A DNA stretch of 64,000 nt from Emiliania huxleyi CCMP1516 (Eukaryota), in the NCBI RefSeq assembly GCF_000372725.1, contig NW_005201421.1, positions 248,001-312,000 on the forward strand, written 5' to 3'. The stretch's first letter is position 1. The number at the start of each line of letters is the position of its first letter. This document shows, one piece after another, positions 35,802-46,618 of this stretch. Both the position numbers and the translations under genes were made by a program. Below the pieces are notes generated by a model, which saw only the letters and a list, made by a program, of their open reading frames with translations, had not been told where the DNA came from and did not search any database.

Positions 35802-36060
35802 CTGTTACTGTTTGTTACTGTTGTTACTGTTGTTCAGTGGTCAGCAAGCAGAAAATGCCCCAAAACCCGGGTAAAACCCGAAAATACCTGGGTTTTTCCA
35901 GGTATTTTCGGGTATTACCCGCACTGGACGCTGGAGATCGTCGTGGGTCACTGCCAGGCCTTCCTTATTGTTGTTCAGCTGGCCTAACGTTAGCTACTGT
36001 TGTTGGGGAGCCCCACTGTTGTTCTGTTGTTACTGTTAACACTAGCAACACACTGTTCAG
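35802..36060. repeat. TGTTAC/TGTTGT repeats containing a hairpin with 24-bp arms
   Basis: Arms 35868-35891 and 35898-35921, one mismatch. Confidence 0.8.
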
Positions 36061-37785
36061 CTCTTAACGTTTGACAGCTCTAGCCGCACNNNNNNNNNNN
36101 NNNNNNNNNNNNNNNNNNNNNNNNNNNNNNNNNNNNNNNNNNNNNNNNNNNNNNNNNNNNNNNNNNNNNNNNNNNNNNNNNNNNNNNNNNNNNNNNNNNN
36201 NNNNNNNNNNNNNNNNNNNNNNNNNNNNNNNNNNNNNNNNNNNNNNNNNNNNNNNNNNNNNNNNNNNNNNNNNNNNNNNNNNNNNNNNNNNNNNNNNNNN
36301 NNNNNNNNNNNNNNNNNNNNNNNNNNNNNNNNNNNNNNNNNNNNNNNNNNNNNNNNNNNNNNNNNNNNNNNNNNNNNNNNNNNNNNNNNNNNNNNNNNNN
36401 NNNNNNNNNNNNNNNNNNNNNNNNNNNNNNNNNNNNNNNNNNNNNNNNNNNNNNNNNNNNNNNNNNNNNNNNNNNNNNNNNNNNNNNNNNNNNNNNNNNN
36501 NNNNNNNNNNNNNNNNNNNNNNNNNNNNNNNNNNNNNNNNNNNNNNNNNNNNNNNNNNNNNNNNNNNNNNNNNNNNNNNNNNNNNNNNNNNNNNNNNNNN
36601 NNNNNNNNNNNNNNNNNNNNNNNNNNNNNNNNNNNNNNNNNNNNNNNNNNNNNNNNNNNNNNNNNNNNNNNNNNNNNNNNNNNNNNNNNNNNNNNNNNNN
36701 NNNNNNNNNNNNNNNNNNNNNNNNNNNNNNNNNNNNNNNNNNNNNNNNNNNNNNNNNNNNNNNNNNNNNNNNNNNNNNNNNNNNNNNNNNNNNNNNNNNN
36801 NNNNNNNNNNNNNNNNNNNNNNNNNNGTGGTCCCGCCGCCCTACCGTGGGCAGAGTTTGTCGCGTACTACCGTGACGACGCGGCGGCGATGTGGAACCGC
36901 GCGCGCCCCTGGAACCGCGCGCGCCCCTTTGTCCCTCCAGAGGTGGCGGCGACGGTAGAGTATAGAGATCTCTCTGCGAGATATATCGGCTTGACCTCGG
37001 CTAGGTCTCGCCTCTCTCCTCGGCGTAGGACACGCTCCACATCCGGCCGGGCACACACACACGCTTCTCTTCTCCACACGTCTCGCCTTTGCGCTGCAGG
37101 CGCGGGGCGAGGCGGGCTCGTCCGGGGCCGTCGCGCCCGTCCCCGGCAGCTGCAGCTCGGGGGACCTCTCGGGCGGCCGCTCGGGCGGCGGCCACTTCGG
37201 CGCCGTCTCCTCGCATGCGCCGGCCAGAGATATCTAGATCTCATCGCCCAGCTCTCCCAGACCCTAGCTAGATCCGTACTTCCCACACACGCACTCACCG
37301 GACTGCCCACCGGACGATGGGCTCCAGACAACCCACCGTCCCTCTCCTCCACTCATCTCGCGTCATCAACCCCTTTGCGCTGCAGGCGCAGGGCGAGGCG
37401 CGGCCGGCCGCGCCGCCGGATGCACGGATGCCGCCGCTTTTGAACGGCGAGGAGGGGATGGCGCTGTCGGCGGAGGCAGCTCCCCCCCTGCGCACGCCCC
37501 GCCCCCACACACGCACCCGCTCCCGCACCCCACACCCCACCACACCCACGCGCGCGCACACTTCGCGCTGCAGGCGCAGCAGAGCGGCCCCGCCGGAGGC
37601 GAGAGGGGCGGCCCCGCCGGAGGCGACGAGCCGGGCCGCGGCTCCACCTCCACCGCCACCGCCGCCCCTCTCGCGCGCACCTCCGGCCGCGACGGTGCGG
37701 GCGACAAGTCGGCGTCGAGGCTGAGCTTGAGCTCGCGCCCCAAGATCTCGCTGGCGCCGACGGCCCCGGAACAGGAGGCGAGCTC

Positions 37786-37868
37786 GCGGCTAGCTCTCGG
37801 CTAGCTCTTGGTGAAATCTCGGCTAGCTCTCGGCTAGATCTCGGGTAGATCTCGGCTAGCTAGATCTC
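37786..37868. repeat. (CTAGATCTCGG)-type ~11-bp tandem repeat
   Basis: Seen directly; a related motif occurs at 58240-58258. Confidence 0.8.
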
Positions 37869-38602
37869 ACCGTCGCCCCTCCCGCCCGACCGCCCACAAC
37901 TGCAGAACACGCAAGTGCCGAACGTGCGCGGCACGGAGGAAGTCTCGGGCGTCCGGACCTCGCCGCCCGAAAAGCAGAAGAAGCAGCGGCACGGTTGCCC
38001 CCCCCGCCACCCCCCCACACACACCATGCTTGAGCGGCGCGCCCGAGTTGCAGTAAGGCCGATCGGCACTGATGAGACGTAGGCGAGGGGGGCGGTCGCT
38101 TGCTTGACCTCGAAGCTTCCGCCGAGGAACAAGAGACTACTGCCCGCGTTGTGGCAGACTTCTGGCGATGGGCCGACGAGCAGCTTCCGGCGCTTCGTAC
38201 GGCGCCTGTCCAGATGGTCGACAACGTGCTCGACGCATGGTGGCTGTGCCGCGGCGCATCAAAGCACGTCCCGGCGTGACGGATGGGGAGCCGCAGGTGC
38301 GGGACGGACACGGGTAGGCGGGGATCGGACCCCACTATTGCAGTGGCGGTCGTTTGTTTGTTGGAGAGAGAGGTGCGGTCGTGTAGGAGCGCGGGCGGGG
38401 GGGGGGGGGGGGAAGCCGGAAAGGGGGGGGGGGGCCCCGGGAAACTCCCGGGGGGAATTTCTCCCCGACCGCGGGGGTTCTTGGGAAAAAAAAACCCCGG
38501 GGGGGGGGGAAACCGCTTTTCCAAAAAAAAGGGGGTTTGACTTTTGGTGGTGCTTTGGCCCCCCCCCAAAAAAAAAAATCTCTCCCCCCCCCCTTTTTTG
38601 CA

Positions 38603-38857
38603 AAGAAAGAAAGAAAGAAAACAGACAACCCAAGGGAGGGATGGGAGGACGGCACGCTTTTTTGCAGAAAGAAAGAAAGAAAGAAAACACACAACCCAAG
38701 GGAGGGATGGGAGGACGGCACGCCGCCACCACACAGGGATTTTAAGGAGAGGTGTGTGGTGCGCTAGCCGTCGCCCACCCTAGGGAGTCTGCCTCTTCCT
38801 ATCTCTCTTCGCAGTCTCTCGCCGCTTCTCGCTGCAATCTTCATGCCACCTCGCGGC
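38603..38857 (-). mobile_element. (TTTC)n-tailed dispersed repeat with a reiterated end
   Basis: Reverse complement of 59096-59360; two stacked GAAA-ACAACCCAAGGGAGGGATGGGAGGACGGCACGC ends. Confidence 0.85.
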
Positions 38858-38928
38858 TTTTTTGCACGGGGACAGTCGGATGGGAACACGCTTTCTTTAG
38901 CTGCAGTCTCCATCCAGAAACGCGATAC

Positions 38929-39951
38929 ATGGCGGGGGCAGTCCCTGCCACCGTGCGAGACGGCGTCCGTGCTGGCGTGGCGACAGAGGAGGCTCGGCCG
39001 GCGGGAGCGCTTCGGCAGCTACCCGCTGGTGTGCAGCGCGCAGTGCGTCAGCAGGTGAATCAGTCTGGCCGATCGCCAGTGATCGGCACCACCACTGGGA
39101 ATCAGCCGGCGGCGGGCACGCCGTGCTGCACGCCCGCCGCGGCGAACGGCGGCCACCGCCGCAGCGGCCACAGCGTGAGTGACTCTACGGCCGCCGCGGC
39201 TGCCCCGCCCACGGCCACGCGTCAAGCGTCCTCCGAGCCCGACGCCTCGCCTGCGGCCGATCACGGCAATGGCATGGCCGCTTCCTTCTTCGCCGCGCCC
39301 ATCGCCGCGCACACCGCCGCGCACACCGCCGCGCCCACCACTGCCGCGCCTGCCGCCGCGCCGGGCGCCGCGCCGGCCGCCGCGCCCGCCGCCGCGCCGG
39401 CCGCGCCGGCCAGCATTCGCATGCAGCCGAACGAGGGGCCCCTTGCCGCCTGCTTCCGGAGGGCGGCGGAGGCGGCGCCAGCGCGAGCGCCCGGCCCGGC
39501 TGCTGCTGCTTCCGCTGGTGCCGCCGGCCGAGTGCGAGATCTCGCGCCGCCGGGACCGGTGGCAATGCGTGGGCGCCTGTGCGCGCTCAACCTCGACCTC
39601 ATCGAGCACATGAAGGCCAAGTTCCACAACCGCGAGATTGACGCCGGCGAGGTCACAAAGTGGTTCAAGGCCAACCCGGAGCAGCTCGAGGGCACCGGCC
39701 TCACCGTCGACGACGTGTCGACCGACCACATCTTGCCGCGCTCGGCGGGCGGTGCGCACCACGTCTTCAACTACTACATCATGTCCAAGTCGCACAACTC
39801 ACACTTCCAGAACAACTGGACTGCTGCGAAGCGCGCGTACGTCGGCAAGCAGGGAGTCAAAATCGCCCAGGGCTTCGCCGTGTGGTGCCGCGACAAATCG
39901 GATGTCCAGTATTTCAACTTCCGGCCCGCAAACTACATGCTCAGCGAGTGA
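38929..39951 (+). CDS. HNH endonuclease-domain protein with an Ala/Pro-rich N-terminus, intronless
   Basis: STDHILPRSAGGAHHVFNYYIMSKSHNSHF fits the DHxxPxSxGG...N...HN HNH motif. Confidence 0.8.
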   Translation: MAGAVPATVRDGVRAGVATEEARPAGALRQLPAGVQRAVRQQVNQSGRSPVIGTTTGNQPAAGTPCCTPAAANGGHRRSGHSVSDSTAAAAAPPTATRQASSEPDASPAADHGNGMAASFFAAPIAAHTAAHTAAPTTAAPAAAPGAAPAAAPAAAPAAPASIRMQPNEGPLAACFRRAAEAAPARAPGPAAAASAGAAGRVRDLAPPGPVAMRGRLCALNLDLIEHMKAKFHNREIDAGEVTKWFKANPEQLEGTGLTVDDVSTDHILPRSAGGAHHVFNYYIMSKSHNSHFQNNWTAAKRAYVGKQGVKIAQGFAVWCRDKSDVQYFNFRPANYMLSE

Positions 39952-40635
39952 TCGCGAGCGGCCCCCCTGTCGCTTGCCTCCCTCCTTGCTCTACTCCGGG
40001 AGTAACTTTCTGTTCCCCATCGGACTGATTTCTGTTCTCTCTCTCTTCGTGCCCAGTGAGCAGTGTTGCGCCAGGAAGTTGTGCTGGGAATGCTGATTTC
40101 TCTTTGTCCTGTGACCTGTGCGAGGGAGTTTCGTTGTAAAATTCTCTCACGCTCTGACAGCAGCTCTGTCCCTGCCAGTGGAGAGTGGTTTGCCATCACA
40201 CGCGGCCGCTCGCCAAGCCCTGCCCTGGTCAGATGGATAGTGCCCGAGAGCGAGGGATACGGAGGGGAGCACAAATAGGACGCCCAGCCCTGCCCTCGTG
40301 CCGCCGAGTGTGTATCCTATGCGAGAGAGATCCCCTGTGCCCTACTGTGCCCAGCCCTCTCCTCGTGGCGATGCGCCCTCCCCCCTCGCTTTTGCAAAAT
40401 CCTGCAAAGGTGGGGACGTGTCTGTCGAGATCCTCGCCGATTCTACCACACAGTCGGGCTTGGTTGAAGATGAAAGATTGAGATCACAGATTGTGGATCG
40501 TGTGGGCAGTTGCCAGGGTCAAAGGTGGAGATTGGAGATGGAGAACACATATTAATTAACATTGTACAGCCGTGTGTAAACGGCATGGTAAACGGGGACG
40601 TGTGCGGGACGTGTCAGCCGACCTGCTGAGGGAGG

Positions 40636-40706
40636 GTGTAGAGGATGTAGAGTGTAGAGCGCTGTAGAGCTGTAGAGGTGTAGAGCGCCCCGGAGTGCTG
40701 TAGAGG
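40636..40706. repeat. Cluster of TGTAGAG motifs
   Basis: About seven copies. Confidence 0.7.
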
Positions 40707-40926
40707 TCACTCTGACGGCACACAACACCCTATAACTGCGTCATGACCAGCCTGCCATGCGTCGCCGGCACGAGGTCACAAATAGCACAAATAGGACGTC
40801 GTGCCCTCGTGCCGAAGCATTGGGCCGAAGCATTGGGATAAGGCACTCGGAAGCCTTCCTGATGGCCGCCCTCGTCGACGCACAGCGCTCCCTCACGGCC
40901 GCCAACGCAGTGCTTACCAAGGAGGC

Positions 40927-41385
40927 GGTGAACGGCATCCAGGAGCGCGTCACGTTGCTCGAGTGCAAGCTCAACGACATCTTCGCCGTCGGCGGTGCCT
41001 AGGCTGCGCCTCCACGCCTCTCTCAAGTCCTATCCCCGCCTCCATGGTCGGAACGGCGACCCTTCTCGAGGCGGCGGCATGTCTCTGAGAACTCTGATGG
41101 CGCCCTCCACGGCTCTCGCGCAGAGAAGGGGAATGGAAACACTAAATTCCTGGTCATTCTGTAATACGGGTCAGGACTCGTGTGGGGTCAGAGTCACATA
41201 TGAACGACCCGAGTTGCTTGGGCGCAGTGGCCCTCGCCCTCTCCCCATCACCACGTGAATGTGAAATGAAACCGGCATCACCCTCGCCCCAAAAACACTT
41301 GTTACCAGTTGTTGGCTATCTAGTACTCCCCCCCCCCCCCCCCCTCTTCAAGAGTGCGCCGCACGCCCCTGCGCGCTGCAACACA
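40927..41385 (+). repeat. ~460-bp direct repeat, copy 2; contains the end of small ORF 40862-41002
   Basis: Near-identical to 34316-34777. Confidence 0.95.
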
Positions 41386-41491
41386 CACTGGTCACTGCTT
41401 CAGCAGCGAGCACCTCGATCCTGTATCTAGATACCGTGTTTGTTATGACCCCCCCAATGAACACACCAGTGAGGGAGGGCGAGACGATCGA

Positions 41492-41538
41492 GGGGTTCCG
41501 TACCATGCGGAATCGACCCTATCCAGTGCTCAAGTGCT
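41492..41538 (+). mobile_element. 47-bp inverted repeat, left arm
   Basis: 46/47 match to the reverse complement of 55296-55342. Confidence 0.8.
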
Positions 41539-41809
41539 CAAGTGCTCAAGGGTGTGAGAAAGAAGGGTGAGAAAGAAGGGTAAGAAAGAAGGGCAAGAAA
41601 TCGCAAACCCTGTCAGCAGTCCTCCTCCGGGAATGTACGTAAGAGCCACATAAAAAAAAAGAAAAAAGAAGGGTGAGAAAGAAGGGTGCGAGGGAGTTAA
41701 AGTTGTCGTGCGAGGGGGTTTTGTTGTAAAATTCCAGTGTCGTGCGAGGGATTTTCGTTGTAAAATTCTCGTTCTCCGAAACTTGCACCGTCGTCCGTTC
41801 ACGGCGTCG

Positions 41810-43015
41810 ATGGCGCCCAATCGCGAAGTGCAAACACCGCGCTCCCAGCACATGAATGCCAGCGCCACCCTCCAGCGGCTCCTCCTCCTCCACGCCGAGC
41901 TTTCGTTGTCGCCCACGCCCGTGCCCGGCGCCTGGCGCAGCCACCGCCCCTCCCAGCCGCCGTCCCGTCCCTGCGCCACCGTCTTCTTTCGCCACCTCCG
42001 CAAGACGGGTGGCACCAGCCTCCGCGCGCTCTTCGTTTCTGACCCTTCCTTTGAGGTGGTCATGCTGACGCCCTCGACGGACCTGGCGGCGGGGCGCATC
42101 TCGCAGGGCTTTGTGAACGCGCTCCTGACAAACGACACCCTCGCCGCGTCCCACCCCCGACTCTTCATCGAGTACCACTCGCCCTACTGGCTCAACGGAG
42201 GGCCATTCCTCACGCTCCTCAAAGACATGCCTGTCTGGCGAGCAGCGCAGGAGCGGCGCGGATGCAGAGCCGTGGCCTTGACTGTGCTGCGCGAGCCAGT
42301 GAGCAGACTCGTCTCCGACCACGGCTATTTCAGCACCAACATGCCACGCGTCTTCCCCTGGAACTTGCTGCAGCACGGACGAATCGAGTTTGAGGCGCAG
42401 CTGAGGCACCTGCTGCTGCCATTCAGCCCCGGCGATGTCGGCTTGCCGGCCAGCCAGAGGGGTGAGCGCAACGCGAGCGCACTGGCCGCGGCGGCTGACC
42501 TGCTGGTCGAGCAGGCGCAGCACTGGCACGGCGGATTGTTTCGCGACGCGGCCTCTGCGGTGGCATTGGCCAATCGCATCCTCGCACACTTCGACCTCGT
42601 CGGCGTGACGTCCCACCTCGACGAGCTGCAGGAGGTGTTGACCCGCGAGCTCGCGCTGCGAGATGCCTCTGGCGGCTGCGCCCGTCCACGTCACGCCAAC
42701 CTCGTCTCCAACAAGACGCAGGCCACGCTGGCCGCGCTGCTGCAGCAAGACGAGACCCTACAGGCGCTCTGCCGCGCGCTCGACTCCGCGGCAGCGCACG
42801 ACTGCCGAGAGCGCGTAGCGCGAGAGGCGTTGCGGGCACAGACGCCTGTGTCGGACAAGGTGTACCAGCATTGGAGAGATCGGTGGGAGGGAGCCGAATC
42901 GAACCGAAGATCGACCGGCACCAGGGAGTGCGCCGGCGCGGCCGCGGACGGAGCTGCAACTCGCAAGCCGGAACGCGGAAGCGGAACGCGGAAGACGGAT
43001 GCGAGAGAGGAGTAA
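41810..43015 (+). CDS. Golgi-type carbohydrate sulfotransferase, intronless
   Basis: 5'-PSB FFRHLRKTGGTSL, 3'-PB TVLREPVSRLVSDHGY, FDLVGVT. Confidence 0.88.
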   Translation: MAPNREVQTPRSQHMNASATLQRLLLLHAELSLSPTPVPGAWRSHRPSQPPSRPCATVFFRHLRKTGGTSLRALFVSDPSFEVVMLTPSTDLAAGRISQGFVNALLTNDTLAASHPRLFIEYHSPYWLNGGPFLTLLKDMPVWRAAQERRGCRAVALTVLREPVSRLVSDHGYFSTNMPRVFPWNLLQHGRIEFEAQLRHLLLPFSPGDVGLPASQRGERNASALAAAADLLVEQAQHWHGGLFRDAASAVALANRILAHFDLVGVTSHLDELQEVLTRELALRDASGGCARPRHANLVSNKTQATLAALLQQDETLQALCRALDSAAAHDCRERVAREALRAQTPVSDKVYQHWRDRWEGAESNRRSTGTRECAGAAADGAATRKPERGSGTRKTDAREE

Positions 43016-43204
43016 TGTAACACTCAAAAGTTTGTCTGATCTCACGAGGTGGGGCGACGCGCACGGCGCAAGCGACGAATGTCGTGTGCACAAAAGAGAA
43101 AAGATGTAGCAGCCAGCTGCCCACACCGCTTTGTGGCCCGGGCCCAATCGAAAGTCTCCTCCAAACACGACTATTGTGACAGAGACGCGGTGCCTGGCCG
43201 TGAC

Positions 43205-44482
43205 TCATATACTGAACGCCTCACGGTTCTGCTTGCAGTCGGGCCCGGAGCGGCGGCAGTCACCGGGCCGCGACAGGTCCCAGGAGGCGGCCTGGTCGCC
43301 GAAGCGGCGCATTCCCTCGGGCCACGGCAGCGGGCCGACCAGGCTCTTTGAGGCGGTGCTGCTGGCGGCCCCGGCCCACCGGCTTCCCCGCTTCGACAGG
43401 TTGCGGCAGTGCGTGCGACGGCTGCGGCCGCCCTCGAGCGGCGCGAGCCGCTTCCAGTAGCCGCGCGCCGCCGCCGCTCGCCACGGCTTCGACACGCCCC
43501 AAAAGTGCTCCACGCGCCACGGCAGCTCGCCGCGGTCGTACCGCGCCCAGGTGCCGAGGTCGTTCTTGAGGTAAAAGAGGTACCAGAGCAGGCCCTGGTC
43601 GAGGGCGCCGTTGACAAAGTCCCAGCTGTTGAGCTTGCCGTAGTGCGTCCCGTTGATCGTCCCCTCCACCTTGAACAGGCTCGCGTCGGAGCCCGCAGCC
43701 AGCAGGCCCGCCACCTCCCGCATCCGGCTCCGGGGGAAGGAGCGCGGCGCGCCGACGCCGTCGAAGCCCTCCGCGGCGCTCCAGCGGCCGCGCTCGAGCA
43801 GCTCCGCCGCCTGCGAGAAGACGTCGCACCGCGGCCTCACCAGCCACAGCCCGCCGTTGACGGGCGACGCGTGGTCGAAGAGCGAGACAAAGAGCGCCGA
43901 AGAGCGCAACAGCGCCTCCGCGCCGCTGCGCCAGGTGGCGGCGTCGAGCGGGCGAGCCATGAGGTCGATGTCGAGGTCGGCGTAGAGGAGCAGCTCGTAC
44001 GTCGATCCGAGCGAGAGGAAGGCGACCTTGAGCAGGTTGGACACCGCGAACGCGCCGCGCTGGCCAGAGTTGCGGCCGAGCCTGCCTTCGTGGCGGTGGA
44101 GGTAGCTCTGCGCCGCCTGGATCGTGCGAGCCGGCTGCAGGTAGCGCGCGCTCGGGCAGTCCTCGCTCACCTTTGGCGAGAGGATCAGCAGCTCTGCGTC
44201 GCCAACCACGCTGGCCAGCCGCGACGCTCCTTGGCACCACAGCGGGATGGCGCACGCGTAGCCGTGCCCGCCGTCCCACACTGTAGCGATCGCGACGCGG
44301 CCAGCCGGGCCGGGAGGCGGTAGCGTACGGCCCGCCACCGCCGAGAAGCACTCGCCGCAGCCCGTGTCGAGCTGCGAGGATCCGCAGGACGTCATATCGC
44401 CGGGCTGAGCCAACGTGTCGCCACCGCTGCGCAAAACCAAAAGAATTCGATCGTTGCTCCCCCTCGAGCACGAACTGCCCAT
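43205..44482 (-). CDS. GT-A fold glycosyltransferase, GT8-like, intronless; start uncertain
   Basis: LLKV, LLYADLD (DxD), VNGGLWLVRP, DQGLL, HFWGVSKPW. Confidence 0.82.
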   Translation of the reverse strand: MGSSCSRGSNDRILLVLRSGGDTLAQPGDMTSCGSSQLDTGCGECFSAVAGRTLPPPGPAGRVAIATVWDGGHGYACAIPLWCQGASRLASVVGDAELLILSPKVSEDCPSARYLQPARTIQAAQSYLHRHEGRLGRNSGQRGAFAVSNLLKVAFLSLGSTYELLLYADLDIDLMARPLDAATWRSGAEALLRSSALFVSLFDHASPVNGGLWLVRPRCDVFSQAAELLERGRWSAAEGFDGVGAPRSFPRSRMREVAGLLAAGSDASLFKVEGTINGTHYGKLNSWDFVNGALDQGLLWYLFYLKNDLGTWARYDRGELPWRVEHFWGVSKPWRAAAARGYWKRLAPLEGGRSRRTHCRNLSKRGSRWAGAASSTASKSLVGPLPWPEGMRRFGDQAASWDLSRPGDCRRSGPDCKQNREAFSI

Positions 44483-44669
44483 CAGACGTGCCGGAACCGT
44501 CGGAGTTCGAGCGGCGGTCCATGGGAGCGCGTGCTGCTTATCAATCAAGCAGATCTGCGTGTTCCATCATCCATGATGGCGCTCTCCCGGCTGTGGATGA
44601 TTTCACAACGAAACTCCCTCGCACAACACTCAAGAATTGCGTAAAGCGTGAGAACGCAACAGCAGCAGC

Positions 44670-44803
<134 letters not shown>

Positions 44804-44897
44804 TGGTGGTCTGGTGGTGGCGTGTGGTACGCGGTACGACGGCCCATAAGCCACAGGCATCGCCATCGACGCAAGCGACTCGCCACTCGAGCTCTTA

Positions 44898-45968
44898 CTA
44901 GCCCTCGGCGCCCACCACCTGCTCCGCACCTGGCTCGCCCTCGTAGTACCGCACAACGCCGTCGGGCGACTCCTTCCGCACCAGCCGCTCCGCACCTCGC
45001 TCGCCCTCGTAGTACTGCACGATGCCGTCGGCAAACTCCATGCGCACCAGCCGCTCCGCACCTTGCTCGCCCTCGTAGTACCGCACAGTGCCGTTGGCAA
45101 ACACCGTGCGCACGCCCCGCTCCGCGCCTTTCTCACCCTCGTAGTACCGCACAGTGCCGTCGGGCGACTCCTTCCGCACCAGCCGCTCCGCGCCTAGCTC
45201 GCCCTCGTAGTGCTCCATGGTGCCGTCGGCGAACTCCCTGCGCACAAACCGCCCCGCACCTCGCTCGCCCTCGTAGTGCTGCACCACGCCGTCGGCAAGC
45301 ACCACGCGCACAACCCACTCCGCGCCTGGCTCGCCCTCGTAGTACCGCACAATGCCGTTGGTAGACTCCTCGCGCGCCATCCGCTCGGCACCTCGCTCGC
45401 CCTCGAAGTGCAGCACGGCGCCGTGAGCAAACTCCAAGCGCACCATCCGCTCCGCGCCTCGCCCGCCCTCGAAGTGCCGCACCAGGCCACTCCTCAAGAA
45501 GCGCACCCGCAGATCAGCGCCCCGCTCTTCGCCGCGTCGCAGCGCCCACGCCTCGGCGCGTTGCTCGTCAGCGCCTTCGACCGTTGTCGAGAGGCAAAGC
45601 GCCGGGCTCACCTTCGCAAGCCACGGGAAGTGGTCGGCGGTGGCGCGGCGGTCGGCGGCGTAGGCGCGAAGGGTGGCCTCGCAAAGCGTCGGCCGTATGA
45701 TGGACGACCCGACGAACGATCCGGCAATCAAACGCTCGATGAGAAGCAGCCGCATCGCCACGGCGAAGAGAGGGTCCTTGAAGCGCGCCAGGCCGCTGCG
45801 TTGCGCGAGGAGGCCGAGGCGCGGCGACGCGAGGCTGAAGGCGGCGCAGTCGGAGAAGTCGTCGACGCCCTCGAGGATGCGGAGGTGCAGCTCCGGCGGC
45901 AGCTCGCCCAGCCAGTCCGTGGGCGGGGCGTCGTCGTCGTCGGTGCGTGCGCGAGGCGGAGACTCCAT
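44898..45968 (-). CDS. F-box-like protein with 23-aa MORN-variant-like repeats
   Basis: LGELPPELHLRILEGVDDFSDCAAFSLAS; about nine repeats of DGxVRYYEGExGAERLVRxE (69-bp period). Confidence 0.75.
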   Translation of the reverse strand: MESPPRARTDDDDAPPTDWLGELPPELHLRILEGVDDFSDCAAFSLASPRLGLLAQRSGLARFKDPLFAVAMRLLLIERLIAGSFVGSSIIRPTLCEATLRAYAADRRATADHFPWLAKVSPALCLSTTVEGADEQRAEAWALRRGEERGADLRVRFLRSGLVRHFEGGRGAERMVRLEFAHGAVLHFEGERGAERMAREESTNGIVRYYEGEPGAEWVVRVVLADGVVQHYEGERGAGRFVRREFADGTMEHYEGELGAERLVRKESPDGTVRYYEGEKGAERGVRTVFANGTVRYYEGEQGAERLVRMEFADGIVQYYEGERGAERLVRKESPDGVVRYYEGEPGAEQVVGAEG

Positions 45969-46354
45969 GGAGGCACGTCGGCGGCGCCTCACCTGAAAAG
46001 AATTTTACAGGCGCCACACGGGAACGGGACGAGTGCGCTGGGACGACTGGAAACAAGAAGACACGAGAGCCACCACAGGCGTCGTTGGCGCACACATACT
46101 GAGCAGCTGCGCTGGAAATAAGGAAGAGGCGGAGACTCCATAACAGAGATCTACATCCGGATTTGGCGCGTCGTGATCGCACTCCAAATCAGACTTTAAT
46201 GTATTACACTAACTAACACGGTTCGCCAGCAAGCGCACGTCCAGGTTAGCCCGCCTGCAAGTGCCGTGCCATAAGAGAAAGAATTTTCATGCCCTCCAAG
46301 TTTGAGAGAGTGTTTGTCAAGTTTGAGCGGTGCCCGCTGTGCGCTATAGCTACC

Positions 46355-46618
<264 letters not shown>

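Noticed and set aside
36826..38260. Possible multi-exon gene fragment and a Cys-rich minus-strand ORF
   Set aside because: Adjacent to a gap; no coherent model or domain could be built.
38395..38600. Dense homopolymer runs (G, C, A, T)
   Set aside because: Typical of low-quality read ends; likely a sequencing artefact.
34316..41385. Canonical LTR retrotransposon
   Set aside because: No TG...CA ends, PBS, PPT or gag/pol visible; kept only as an unclassified direct-repeat unit.
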